Source of the DNA: an uncultured Verrucomicrobiota bacterium
GTDB lineage: Bacteria; Verrucomicrobiota; Kiritimatiellia; PWTM01
DNA length: 49,612 nucleotides
Assembly: GCA_964423465.1 (NCBI GenBank)
Contig: CAYRFK010000006.1
Location: 1 to 49,612, forward strand
Reading direction: 5' to 3'
The notes under the pieces are model-generated. The model had not been told where the DNA came from, did no database searches, and saw only the letters and a list, made by a program, of their open reading frames with translations. This document shows positions 37,019 through 46,376 of this stretch, in pieces. The stretch's first letter is position 1, and each line of letters opens with the position of its first letter. The position numbers and the translations under genes are program-made.

Positions 37019-37058
37019 TGTAACATTATTCGATGCGATCGCATCCAATAATGTTACA
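37019..37058. repeat. 40-bp AT-rich palindrome, copy 2
   Basis: TGTAACATTATTCGATGCG-AT-CGCATCCAATAATGTTACA; starts 20 bp after the PaaX-like stop; 38/40 identical to copy 1. Confidence 0.95.
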
Positions 37059-37136
37059 CATCGGACGCGGGCGTGCGGCTTGCGTGCGGAGGCCGGCGTG
37101 TCCATCATCCGGGCGCAAACGATGGGAGCGGAGCAT

Positions 37137-37949
37137 ATGACGAAGGTTGTCGTGGTGGGTGCCGCGGGGCGCATGGGGCGGGCGTTGATCCGGTTCATCC
37201 GGACCGGAGCGGTGCCGGGCCTTGAACTGGCCGGCGCGGTGGACCTCTGGGACTGCCCGGAGATCAACAAGGATGCGGGCGTCATGGCCGGCGTCGGCGA
37301 GGCCGGCGTGGCCGTGACGAGCAACCTCGCGGCGGTGGCGCCGGGCGCCGACGTGATCGTCGACTTCAGCTCGCACCACGGCACCTCCGGCAACGCGCCG
37401 CGGTGTGCGGAATGGGGGAAGGCGCTCGTCGTCGGCACGACGGGGCTCAATCCGGAGCAGGAGGCCGCGGTGCGCGGCGCGGCGGCGGCGGTTCCGATCG
37501 TCATGGCGCCGAACATGAGTCTCGGCATGAACCTGCTGTTCGCGCTGATGGAGCAGGTCGGCCGGACGCTCAAGGACCGCGGCTACGACGTCGAGATCGT
37601 CGAACGGCACCACCGGCTCAAGAAGGATGCGCCGAGCGGCACCGCGCTGGGGCTCGGGCGCGCCGTCGCGAAGGGCATGGACTGGAACCTCGACGACGTG
37701 GCCGTGAACGGGCGGGAGGGTGTCTCCAAGGACATCCGCCCGGACCACCAGATCGGTTTCCACGCCGTGCGCGGCGGGGACTTCGTCGGCGATCACACGG
37801 TCATCTTCGCGACCACCGGCGAGAGCATCGAGTTCTCGCACCGCGCCACGAGTCGCGAGACCTTCGCCATCGGCGCGCTGCAGGCGGCGAAGTGGGTGGC
37901 GGGGCGCGCGCCGGGGCTGTATTCGATGCGGGATGTGCTGGGGGTGTAG
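37137..37949 (+). CDS. dapB: 4-hydroxy-tetrahydrodipicolinate reductase
   Basis: VVGAAGRMG, VDFS, VVGTTG, APNMSLG, EIVERHHRLKKDAPSGTA, RGGDFVGDH, HRATSRETFA. Confidence 0.97.
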   Translation: MTKVVVVGAAGRMGRALIRFIRTGAVPGLELAGAVDLWDCPEINKDAGVMAGVGEAGVAVTSNLAAVAPGADVIVDFSSHHGTSGNAPRCAEWGKALVVGTTGLNPEQEAAVRGAAAAVPIVMAPNMSLGMNLLFALMEQVGRTLKDRGYDVEIVERHHRLKKDAPSGTALGLGRAVAKGMDWNLDDVAVNGREGVSKDIRPDHQIGFHAVRGGDFVGDHTVIFATTGESIEFSHRATSRETFAIGALQAAKWVAGRAPGLYSMRDVLGV

Positions 37950-37991
37950 CAACAACCAACAACCAATAACCAACATCCAACAGCCAGCAGC
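37950..37991 (+). repeat. Degenerate heptamer tandem repeat (6 units, CAACA.C)
   Basis: CAACAAC CAACAAC CAATAAC CAACATC CAACAGC CAGCAGC directly after the dapB stop. Confidence 0.9.
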
Positions 37992-38004
37992 GGAGGAGGA
38001 AGAC

Positions 38005-38298
38005 ATGCAGGTGACGCTGGTTCATGTGCGGGTGAAGGCGGAGCATGTGGCGGACTTCATTGCCGCCACGTGGTCCAATCGCGAGGCGTCGGTATGCGAG
38101 CCGGGCAACCGGAGGTTCGACGTGCTGCAGGCGCCCGACGATCCGGCACGGTTCATCCTCTATGAGGCCTACGCGACGAAGGCCGACGCGGCTGCGCACA
38201 AGGCGACGGCCCACTACGCCGCCTGGCGCGACGCGGTGGCCGGGTGGATGGCCGAACCGCGCCGGGGCGAGCCGATGGCCGGGTTGATGCCGGAGTAG
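38005..38298 (+). CDS. Antibiotic biosynthesis monooxygenase / LsrG family protein
   Basis: EPGNRRFDVLQ..DDPARFILYEAY..AAAHKATAHY..WRDAV; RBS GGAGGAGG. Confidence 0.88.
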   Translation: MQVTLVHVRVKAEHVADFIAATWSNREASVCEPGNRRFDVLQAPDDPARFILYEAYATKADAAAHKATAHYAAWRDAVAGWMAEPRRGEPMAGLMPE

Positions 38299-38342
38299 CG
38301 GCCGCCCGGGGGAAACCCGGCGGCGCAGGGAGGGATCGGGAG

Positions 38343-39710
38343 ATGAACGGACGATACCGGGTGGCGGTGACGGCGGGGCTGATCGTGACAGCCGGGGCTG
38401 CGGTGGCGACGGATGCGCCGAAGGCCGCGGACAGACCCGACATCGTGTTCCTCCTGGTCGACGACCTCGGGCGCAACGATGTCGGATTCATGGGCGGCGC
38501 GCAGATCCGCACGCCCGAGATCGACAAGTTGGCGAAGGCCGGGGCGGTGCTGACGCAGTTCTACGTGCAGCCGGTCTGCTCCCCGACGCGGGCCTCGCTG
38601 ATGACCGGCCGCTACCCGATGCGCTACGGCCTGCAGGTCGGCGTCGTGAGGCCGACGGCGGACTACGGCCTTCCGCTCGAGGAGCGCATGCTGCCGAAGG
38701 CGCTTCAGGAGGCGGGCTACACGACCGCGATCTGCGGCAAATGGCATCTCGGCAGTTTTGACAAGGCCTACTGGCCCCGTGCGCGTGGTTTCGATCACGC
38801 CTACGGGCATCTGTTCGGCGCACTCGACTACTTCACGCACATTCGCGACGACAAGCTGGATTGGTACCGCAACGGCGAGCCGCTGAAGGAGGAGGGGTAC
38901 ACGACGACACTGGTCGCGGACGAGGCCGTGCGCGTCGTCGAGCGGCAGCCGAAGGACAAGCCGCTCTTCCTCTATGTCCCGTTCAACGGCGTCCACTCGC
39001 CCTGGCAGGTGCCGGAGAGCTACGCGAAGCCCTACGAGTCGATGAAGAAGCCGCGCGGCACCTACGCCGGCATGCTCGCGGCGGTCGACGAGGCCGTCGG
39101 CCGAATCGCAGGCGCCGTCGAGAAGGCGGGCCGCCGGCCGAACACGCTCTTCGTCTTCTCCAGCGACAACGGCGGCCCCTCGCCCGGCACGGTCACGGAC
39201 AACGGTCCGCTGCGGGCGGGGAAGGGCACCGTCTACGAGGGCGGTGTGCGCGTGTGCGCCTTCGCCACATGGGACGGCCGCATCCCGGCCGGCGTCCGAC
39301 GCGACGGCATGATGCACATGGTCGACTGGTATCCGACGCTGCTGAAGCTCGCCGGCGCCCCGCTCGTGCAGCCACTCCCGCTCGACGGTGTCGATGCGTG
39401 GCCGATGATCGCCGGAGACAAGCCCTCCGCGCGCACCGAGGTCCTGTGCAACACGACACCGAACGGCGGCGCGTTGCGCATGGGCGACTGGAAGATCGTC
39501 GTCAGTCCCGGCCGGCGCGCCGCTGCTGCGAAAGGCGGCGGAAAGAAGGCCGCCGCGACGGCAGGCCCGACGGTCGAACTCTTCAACCTTCGCGACGACA
39601 TCGGCGAGACGAAGGACCTCGCCGCGTCGGACCCGGAGAAGATGAAGGAACTTCTCGCCCGCTACGAGCAGCTCGCCCGCGAAGCCGCCCCGCCGAAAAA
39701 CCGCGAGTAG
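38343..39710 (+). CDS. Arylsulfatase (S1, formylglycine-dependent), secreted
   Basis: PDIVFLLVDDLG, CSPTRASLMTGRY, GKWHLG, SSDNG, KGTVYEGGVRV; signal peptide. Confidence 0.95.
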   Translation: MNGRYRVAVTAGLIVTAGAAVATDAPKAADRPDIVFLLVDDLGRNDVGFMGGAQIRTPEIDKLAKAGAVLTQFYVQPVCSPTRASLMTGRYPMRYGLQVGVVRPTADYGLPLEERMLPKALQEAGYTTAICGKWHLGSFDKAYWPRARGFDHAYGHLFGALDYFTHIRDDKLDWYRNGEPLKEEGYTTTLVADEAVRVVERQPKDKPLFLYVPFNGVHSPWQVPESYAKPYESMKKPRGTYAGMLAAVDEAVGRIAGAVEKAGRRPNTLFVFSSDNGGPSPGTVTDNGPLRAGKGTVYEGGVRVCAFATWDGRIPAGVRRDGMMHMVDWYPTLLKLAGAPLVQPLPLDGVDAWPMIAGDKPSARTEVLCNTTPNGGALRMGDWKIVVSPGRRAAAAKGGGKKAAATAGPTVELFNLRDDIGETKDLAASDPEKMKELLARYEQLAREAAPPKNRE

Positions 39711-39808
39711 GTTCCCGTCGTGCCCCGGGCGTGCCGGCCCGGGGATGCGCTTGACGCGCCGGGGCAATCGCGAAACGATGCAGCGGACCGAACCCGGAGG
39801 CCTCCGCC

Positions 39809-42553
39809 ATGCGATCATCGAGCCGCCCGTTCCGTATATCGCTCGCCGCGTTGTTTGCGTTCGCTTCCGTCTTCCTGTTTTCCGTCCTTCCGTCCGTCGC
39901 CGCGGATGCGGCGACGACGCTCGTTCTCCACCGCGTGCCGGCCCCGGCCGCCCCGGGCGGGCTGGAACCCGAGGTGCTTGACCACCGCTATCCACCCGCA
40001 AGCTGGCAGACGTGCATCGGGCTGCCCGACGACCCCTTCAAGACGATCGTCGGCAGCGACGGCGGCCTCTACTACGACTACGGCAAGTCCGGTCCCGGGA
40101 ACTACTCCCTCGGCGCGGGCCGTTTCGGCACGCGCATTCTCGTCTCGCTCGACGCGGCCGGCACGAACGGCCCCGTGCGCCAGTCGCTCCATTCGCCGCG
40201 CGTCCCTGTCGTGACCACGTGGGTCCGCCGCGGCTCGCTGGAGATGCGGCAGGTCGCTTGGGCCGCGGCGCCGGCCGGTGCGGCGGTGGGCGAATGGAGT
40301 CCGGGCCGCACGGACCATCTGTGGATCGCGGTCACGAATGCGGGCTCTGCCCCGGCGGCGGCGCGGTTGCGCTTGGAGGCCGGTGCGACGGTGTTGCTGA
40401 GGCTGGACGGCGCGCGCAACCGGATCCTCGCGGGCGGCGGGCGGACACTGTGCCGGTTCTCCCGTCCGCCCGGCCCGATCGCGGTGCCCGCCGGCGCCAC
40501 CAACGTCACCTCGCGCCACGCACTCAGCCTCAACCGAAACTGGGCCAAGCCGGTGGATCCGTGTGCGGATTTGTTCCGCCATGTGTTTGCTTCGTACCGC
40601 GAGCCCATCGAGATCGATGTCGCCTGCGAGCCGGGCCGACGCCATGTCGTCGCGCTCGGACTGATCGAAGGCTGGCACAAGGAGCCCGGGCAGCGCCCGC
40701 TCGAGATCCGTGTCGAGGGCGCCCCGGTGCGGACCGTTGATCCGGTGAAGGATGGCGGCGCGAACCGGCCCGTGGTGATCCTGGCTCCCGCGTCGGATGA
40801 CAACGGCGATGGACGTCTCGCCGTCTCCGTCGGGACCGTGCCCGACGCAAAGGACCGGAACGCCATCCTGAGCGGCCTGTGGGTCTTCCCGGCAGATGCG
40901 GTCCCCGATGCGGCGAAGGTCCTCTCCGGCGAGGCGGCCGCGCGGGCGGTCGCCATCGTGGATGCGGACCACGTGCCGGAGATGCCGAGGCCCGTGACGC
41001 TCGAATGGGATCTCGGCGAGATCGCGCCGGGACGTACGGAGGAGCTGCTCGTCACCCTTCCGCAGGGCACCGCGGCGCAGGATGCCGATGCGTTGGCCGA
41101 TGCGTCGGTGTCGCTGCGCGACACGATCGCGCGGTGGGAATCCGCCCCGCTGCCCTACGGCCGGATCGAGGTCGCCGATCCCGCGGTGCAGGGGCTGCTC
41201 GATTCGTGCATCCGCAACATCTGGCAGGCGCGCGAGATCAAGGAGGGGCTGCCGGCGTTCCAAGTGGGGCCGACGACGTACCGCGGGCTGTGGGTGGTCG
41301 ATGGATCGTTCATTCTGGAGGCCGTGGCGATGCTCGGACGCGCGGAGGAGGCGCGGCGCGGTATCGACTATCTGATGAGTTTCCAGAAGCCCGATGGCGG
41401 CTTCATGCTGATCGACGGCCACTGGAAAGAGACCGGCATCGTGCTGTGGGCCGTCACGCGCCATGCGCGGCTGACCGGCGACAAGGCGTGGCTCGCGGCG
41501 ATGTGGCCGAAGCTCGAACGCGGCTTCGATTACATCCGCGGCCTTCGCGCCCGCGCCTCGGCCGAACCGGATTCGCCGTCCGCCGGCCTGATCCCGATCG
41601 GTTTCAGCGACGGCGGCCTCAGCGGCCCCGCGTACGAGTACACGAACATCCACTGGACGATGGTCGGCCTCCGCGCCGCCGCCGATGCCGCCCGCTGGCT
41701 CGGCCGGACGGAGCAGGCCGCTGCGTGGACGCGAGAGTACGAGGACTTCCACGCCGCCTTCCGCCGTGCCGCCGCGCGCGACCTGCGCGACGACGGCCGG
41801 GGCAACCGGTGTCTGCCGGTCGTGATGAACGCGCCCGCCGACCTTCTGCCGCAGAAGGCGCAGTGGGCCTTCCTCCACGCGATCCATCCCGGCGGGGTGT
41901 TTGCGCCCGACGACCCGATCGTTCGCGGCAACATGGCCATGCTCGCGGCGTGCGAGAGCGAGGGCCTCGTGCGCGACACCGGCTGGCTGTCAGGGGGGCT
42001 CTGGAACTACTTCGGCTCGTTCTACGGCCACGCATGGCTCTGGCTGGGGCACGGGCCGAAGGCGGCATCGACGCTCTACGCGTTCGGCAACCACGCCAGC
42101 CCTCTCCTCTGCTGGCGCGAAGAGCAGCGGCCGGTGGGGGAGAAGCCCGGCTACGTCGGCGACATGCCCCACAACTGGGCCAGCGCCGAGTTCATCCGGC
42201 TGGCGGTCCACCTGATGATCCTCGAGCGCGGCGACGAACTGCACCTGCTCGAGGGCATGCCTCGCGCGTGGTGCCGGCCGGGCGCTGTGAACCGACTCGT
42301 GGGGATCCCGACCGCGTTCGGGCCGGTCGATCTCGAAGTGCGCATCGAGGCTGACGGTCGGACGGTGACGGTCGCGTTCACACCGCCCGCCCGCGAACCT
42401 GCCTTGCGGACGGTCCTCCATCTCGAATCGTTCGGACGGGCGGCGGAGTCGGTCCGCGTCAACGGTACGCACGTTGCCGGCGACGCGATTCCGCTGCCGC
42501 CGGGCGCGCCGGCGCGGATCGAACTGGAGTTCGCCTCCGCCGCCGGATCCTGA
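39809..42553 (+). CDS. Secreted putative (alpha/alpha)6 glycoside hydrolase with malectin-like domain
   Basis: Signal peptide; LGLIEGW..PGQR..EI.VEG and NAILSGLWVF (malectin-like); YRGLWVVDG, HWKETG, WREEQ, GDMPHNWASAEF. Confidence 0.6.
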   Translation: MRSSSRPFRISLAALFAFASVFLFSVLPSVAADAATTLVLHRVPAPAAPGGLEPEVLDHRYPPASWQTCIGLPDDPFKTIVGSDGGLYYDYGKSGPGNYSLGAGRFGTRILVSLDAAGTNGPVRQSLHSPRVPVVTTWVRRGSLEMRQVAWAAAPAGAAVGEWSPGRTDHLWIAVTNAGSAPAAARLRLEAGATVLLRLDGARNRILAGGGRTLCRFSRPPGPIAVPAGATNVTSRHALSLNRNWAKPVDPCADLFRHVFASYREPIEIDVACEPGRRHVVALGLIEGWHKEPGQRPLEIRVEGAPVRTVDPVKDGGANRPVVILAPASDDNGDGRLAVSVGTVPDAKDRNAILSGLWVFPADAVPDAAKVLSGEAAARAVAIVDADHVPEMPRPVTLEWDLGEIAPGRTEELLVTLPQGTAAQDADALADASVSLRDTIARWESAPLPYGRIEVADPAVQGLLDSCIRNIWQAREIKEGLPAFQVGPTTYRGLWVVDGSFILEAVAMLGRAEEARRGIDYLMSFQKPDGGFMLIDGHWKETGIVLWAVTRHARLTGDKAWLAAMWPKLERGFDYIRGLRARASAEPDSPSAGLIPIGFSDGGLSGPAYEYTNIHWTMVGLRAAADAARWLGRTEQAAAWTREYEDFHAAFRRAAARDLRDDGRGNRCLPVVMNAPADLLPQKAQWAFLHAIHPGGVFAPDDPIVRGNMAMLAACESEGLVRDTGWLSGGLWNYFGSFYGHAWLWLGHGPKAASTLYAFGNHASPLLCWREEQRPVGEKPGYVGDMPHNWASAEFIRLAVHLMILERGDELHLLEGMPRAWCRPGAVNRLVGIPTAFGPVDLEVRIEADGRTVTVAFTPPAREPALRTVLHLESFGRAAESVRVNGTHVAGDAIPLPPGAPARIELEFASAAGS

Positions 42554-42588
42554 CAACAACCAACAGCCCGTATCCAGCCACCAACATC
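42554..42588 (+). repeat. Degenerate heptamer tandem repeat (5 units)
   Basis: CAACAAC CAACAGC CCGTATC CAGCCAC CAACATC directly after the stop codon. Confidence 0.75.
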
Positions 42589-42717
42589 CGATGGGGGATG
42601 ATGGAGGGCCGAGCTATGCGAGGCCGGAGGCGGGGCCACGATAGCGCGTGGTGCGGGCCCGCATCGCTTCTCCTGGTCGCGCTTCGTTTGCCGCGAGGGC
42701 GCGAACGAGTTCGAGGC

Positions 42718-43037
42718 CTTCATCAGGACATCGTCGGCCTTCGTCCGCTCGCGCCCGGCTCTACGCGCATGCAGCTCCGTGCACAACTCGGCGACCTGCC
42801 GGACCTGCACGTCGTGTCGCACACGCCGCGAGGGCGGTGGAGTTCCGGTCCCGGCGCGACGGGGATGTGCACCATGTCGAGGTGCGGATGCCCGCGGGCG
42901 CGGCGGCCGAGCTGGTGCTCCCCGTCGGTGCACCATGCGCGCTGCCTGCTCTGCCGGCCGGGGCGGTCGCCGGGCTTGCCCGGTACCGGCTTCCGGAGGG
43001 CGTCTCGCGGTTCGATGTTCCGGTGGTCGCGTCGTGA
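42718..43037 (+). pseudogene. Frameshifted C-terminal remnant of an alpha-L-rhamnosidase (GH78)-like gene
   Basis: One frame reads LHQDIVGLRPLAPGSTRMQLRAQLGDL..SHTPRG; after a 1-nt shift near 42833 it continues AVEFRSRRDGDVHHVEVRMPAGAAAELVLP to a stop at 43037; no N-terminus. Confidence 0.55.
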
Positions 43038-43083
43038 CGCTGAGCGGATCGCCCCTGGCGGCCCCGCACGGTATTGTCCAGCC

Positions 43084-44841
43084 ATGACAGCACTTCAGCG
43101 GATGAGGGTCGGCGCCGTTGCGTGTGCGCTGCTGGTGGTGGCGGGCGCGGCGGAAGGGGGCGGGGTGCCGCGGACCGGCGTCGCGTTCCGGACGGCGGAT
43201 GCGGGCCTGCAGGGGCTCTTCGACGCGGCGGAGGCGAAGTGCGCGTCAAACGTCGTCCAGTTCACGCCGTCGATGCGGATCCTCGTCGAGGGCGGCGGCT
43301 ACAACAACGCGTGGCTCGAAACGCAGCCGATGGGCGGCGAGATGTACGCGAAGCGCGACATCGAAGTCGCACTGAACAATCAGGTGATCTTCCTGCATGG
43401 ACAGCGCGCCGACGGGCGCCTGCCCGGCATGGTCGTTTCAACCTCCGCCGCCCTGAAGCGCGGGTGCGACACGAATGCGCCCGAGGGATACGTGTGGCTT
43501 CCCGACCCCGGCATCGCCGCCGACTTCGAGATGTTCCAAGGCTACTGCTTTCCCGATCCGGCATGGCGGATGTACGCATGGGCGGGGCGCGACAGGGACT
43601 ACCTCCAGCGCCTGTACAAGGCCCTCGAGGCGCACGACGCGTACCTGTGGCGCACCCGCGACTCCAATGGCGACGGCATCCTCGAAACCTGGTGCGTGTG
43701 GGACACGGGCGAGGACAACAGCACGCGGCTCGTGACGCGCAACGCGCCGACGCGCTGGCCGTTCGAGATCCCGCCGGGCGACCCGCGCACGCCGGACCCG
43801 CAGGATCCCGCGAACATGAAGCGCTACTGGGGCGAGCATGCCAAGGCGAAGCTGCCGGCGCCGCGGCGGGAGGATGTGCTCGTGCCGTTCGCGTCGATGG
43901 ACGTGATGGCCTACAGCTACGAGGGCCGCGCAACGCTGGCGCGGATCGCGCGCGAACTGGGCAACGGCCGCGAGGAACACTGGCTCCGCGAGGCCGCCGA
44001 GGTACGTCGGCGCCTGATCGAGCGCCTGTGGGATCCCGCCCGCCACGCCTGCTTCGACCGCGACCGCACGGGGCGGCGGCTGGACGAACTGGTCCACAAC
44101 AACATCCGGTGCATGTGGTACGGGGTCTTCACGCAGGAGATGGCCGACGCATTCATCCGTCATCACCTGTTCAATCCGGACGAGTTCTGGACGCCGGTGC
44201 CGGTGCCGTCCATCGCCGTCAACGATCCGCTCTACCGGAACGACGAGGGCAACAGCTGGAGCGGCCAGCCACAGGGCCTGACCTACCAGCGAGCGATCCG
44301 CGCCCTGGAGAACTACGGGCACTTCGCCGAGGTGACGCTGTTCGGACGGAAGTTGCTGCCGGTGCTGATCCGGAACGGCTGCAAGTTCGCGCAGCAACTC
44401 GACGCACAGACGGGCAGGCCGTCGGGGCCGAAGGATGACGGCTACGGACCGATGATGCTCGCCGCGCTCGAGTACATCTCGCGGATGCAAGGCATTCACG
44501 TCGACGTTGCGGCCGGCCGGGTCTGGTGGTCGGCGGTCGACGGGACCGGCTTCACGTACACGCAACGATGGGGCGATCGCGAATGGACGCTCGTCTGCGA
44601 GGGCGGCCGCTTCACGGCCCGGCTCAACGGCCGTGACCTCTTCACCTGCACCGCCGGCGTCCGCATCGTGACGGGACTCGACGGCGATGGGATCGAGGTC
44701 GCCGGCATTGAGGCGGCGCGGCGGGCCATCGTCCTGACGGCCGGCGCCGCGCGGCACGAACTCGACGTGGCGCCGAACGAGGTGCACCGGGTCGGCGGCG
44801 CAGCCGCCCCCGCGCTTGTGCGCGCCGTGCCGTTTCAGTAG
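43084..44841 (+). CDS. MGH1/GH63-like glycoside hydrolase, secreted
   Basis: Signal peptide; EGGGYNNAWLETQPMGGEM, RDSNGDG, WDTGEDNS, FWTPVPVPS, WSGQPQGLTYQRAIRALENYG. Confidence 0.7.
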   Translation: MTALQRMRVGAVACALLVVAGAAEGGGVPRTGVAFRTADAGLQGLFDAAEAKCASNVVQFTPSMRILVEGGGYNNAWLETQPMGGEMYAKRDIEVALNNQVIFLHGQRADGRLPGMVVSTSAALKRGCDTNAPEGYVWLPDPGIAADFEMFQGYCFPDPAWRMYAWAGRDRDYLQRLYKALEAHDAYLWRTRDSNGDGILETWCVWDTGEDNSTRLVTRNAPTRWPFEIPPGDPRTPDPQDPANMKRYWGEHAKAKLPAPRREDVLVPFASMDVMAYSYEGRATLARIARELGNGREEHWLREAAEVRRRLIERLWDPARHACFDRDRTGRRLDELVHNNIRCMWYGVFTQEMADAFIRHHLFNPDEFWTPVPVPSIAVNDPLYRNDEGNSWSGQPQGLTYQRAIRALENYGHFAEVTLFGRKLLPVLIRNGCKFAQQLDAQTGRPSGPKDDGYGPMMLAALEYISRMQGIHVDVAAGRVWWSAVDGTGFTYTQRWGDREWTLVCEGGRFTARLNGRDLFTCTAGVRIVTGLDGDGIEVAGIEAARRAIVLTAGAARHELDVAPNEVHRVGGAAAPALVRAVPFQ

Positions 44842-44852
44842 AACCCGCGGAT

Positions 44853-46376
44853 ATGAGAGGCATGATCCGCGCCGTTCTCGCCTTGCTGCTCGCGGTCTCG
44901 CCCGGGCTACGGGCCGCCGGGACGGTGAAGCCGGCGGACCGCCCGAACGTGATCATCCTGCTGGCCGACGACATGGGCTACGGCGATCTGCGGTGCTTCA
45001 ACCCGCAGTCGAAGATCGGCACGCCTCACATCGACCGGCTGGCGCGGGAGGGAATGCGGTTCACGGACGCCCACGCCGCGGGCTCCATCTGCGTGCCGAG
45101 CCGGTATGGGCTGCTGTCCGGCCGGCTGCCGTTCCGTACGTGGAGCGCGAAGGACGCGCAGCCCCGGAGCCGCAACGGGCGAGACATACTCCATTTCCCG
45201 CCCCCGATGATCCAGCACGAGCCGGACCGACTGAACCTCGCGACGATGCTGAGGCGGCAGGGCTATGCAACAGCCTGCGTCGGCAAGTGGCACCAGGGGA
45301 TGTCGCGGGACGCGCAGTCGGACGGCACCTTGAAGACCACGCCGGTGGACGCCGGTTTCGACTACTACTTCGGCTTCGACGCGCCCGAGCAGGCGCCCTA
45401 TGCCTTCATCGAGAACAAGCGCTTCACGGTCGCGCCGACTGCATCCATGGATGACCATCCCGGTACGGATGTCACCAACCCCGAAACCCAGGGCGCGCAC
45501 TGGCGGAAGGGGCCGGCGGCGCCCGGTTGGAGGTTCGAGGATGTCCTGCCCACCCTTGCGGACAAGGCCGACGCGTGGCTGGCGAAGCAAGCGGCGGTCG
45601 GCGGCGCGAAGCCGTTCTTCCTCTACTACGCGTTCCCCGCGCCGCATGCGCCGTGGACGGCGGCGGATGAGTTCAAAGGCAGGAGCGGCGCGGGGCTGTA
45701 CGGCGACTACGTCATGACGGTGGATGCGATGGTCGGCCGGGTGTTGGCCACGCTGGAGAAGGCGGGGCTCAAGGATAACACGCTGATCCTCTTCTCCAGC
45801 GACAACGGGCCGGTCTGGTATCCGGAGGACGTCGCCCGGTTCGGCCACCGCGCGGCCGGTCCGTGGAACGGCATGAAGGGCGCCCTCACCGAGGCCGGCC
45901 ACCGCGTGCCGTTCATCGTCCGCTGGCCGGGCCGGATCGATCCGGGGGCGACATGCGGGGCACTGGTCTGCTTCACCGACCTGATGGCCACGCTCGCGGC
46001 GGTCACGGGGGCGGAACTGCCGGCCGGCGCGGGCGAGGACAGTTTCGATATCTCGCCGCTCCTCCGCGGCCAGAAGCCCGCGCGGCCCGTCCGGGAGCGC
46101 CTCGTGCACGTCAACTACGGCTCGTACACGCTCGCCATCCGCGAGGGCGACTGGAAGCTGATCCTGCCGGAATGGGTCTACACGGCGAAGGACGGCGCGA
46201 TCGCGCCAGACCGCGTCGTCGAGGCTCCCGGTCGCGGCCCCCGGGTTGGATTCCAACTCTTCAACCTCGCGGCCGACCCGGGCGAGGTCAGCAACCTTGC
46301 GGACAAGGAACCCAAACGGGTGGCCGCATTGTTCGAATCGCTGCGGGACATCCTGCGCGAGGGGGTGCAGCGATGA
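44853..46376 (+). CDS. Arylsulfatase (S1)
   Basis: [50 protein letters not shown]. Confidence 0.95.
   Translation: MRGMIRAVLALLLAVSPGLRAAGTVKPADRPNVIILLADDMGYGDLRCFNPQSKIGTPHIDRLAREGMRFTDAHAAGSICVPSRYGLLSGRLPFRTWSAKDAQPRSRNGRDILHFPPPMIQHEPDRLNLATMLRRQGYATACVGKWHQGMSRDAQSDGTLKTTPVDAGFDYYFGFDAPEQAPYAFIENKRFTVAPTASMDDHPGTDVTNPETQGAHWRKGPAAPGWRFEDVLPTLADKADAWLAKQAAVGGAKPFFLYYAFPAPHAPWTAADEFKGRSGAGLYGDYVMTVDAMVGRVLATLEKAGLKDNTLILFSSDNGPVWYPEDVARFGHRAAGPWNGMKGALTEAGHRVPFIVRWPGRIDPGATCGALVCFTDLMATLAAVTGAELPAGAGEDSFDISPLLRGQKPARPVRERLVHVNYGSYTLAIREGDWKLILPEWVYTAKDGAIAPDRVVEAPGRGPRVGFQLFNLAADPGEVSNLADKEPKRVAALFESLRDILREGVQR

Noticed and set aside
36122-37058. CRISPR array/cas2, or Xer dif sites
   Set aside because: Only two repeats separated by a whole gene and no cas1. 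The arm resembles a XerD box (TAATGTTACA) but the arms are 18 bp apart rather than 6.
37920-37931. TATTCGATGCGG, a 12-bp match to the palindrome interior
   Set aside because: It encodes the conserved DapB C-terminal YSMR and lacks the outer TGTAACA arm, so it is probably coincidental.
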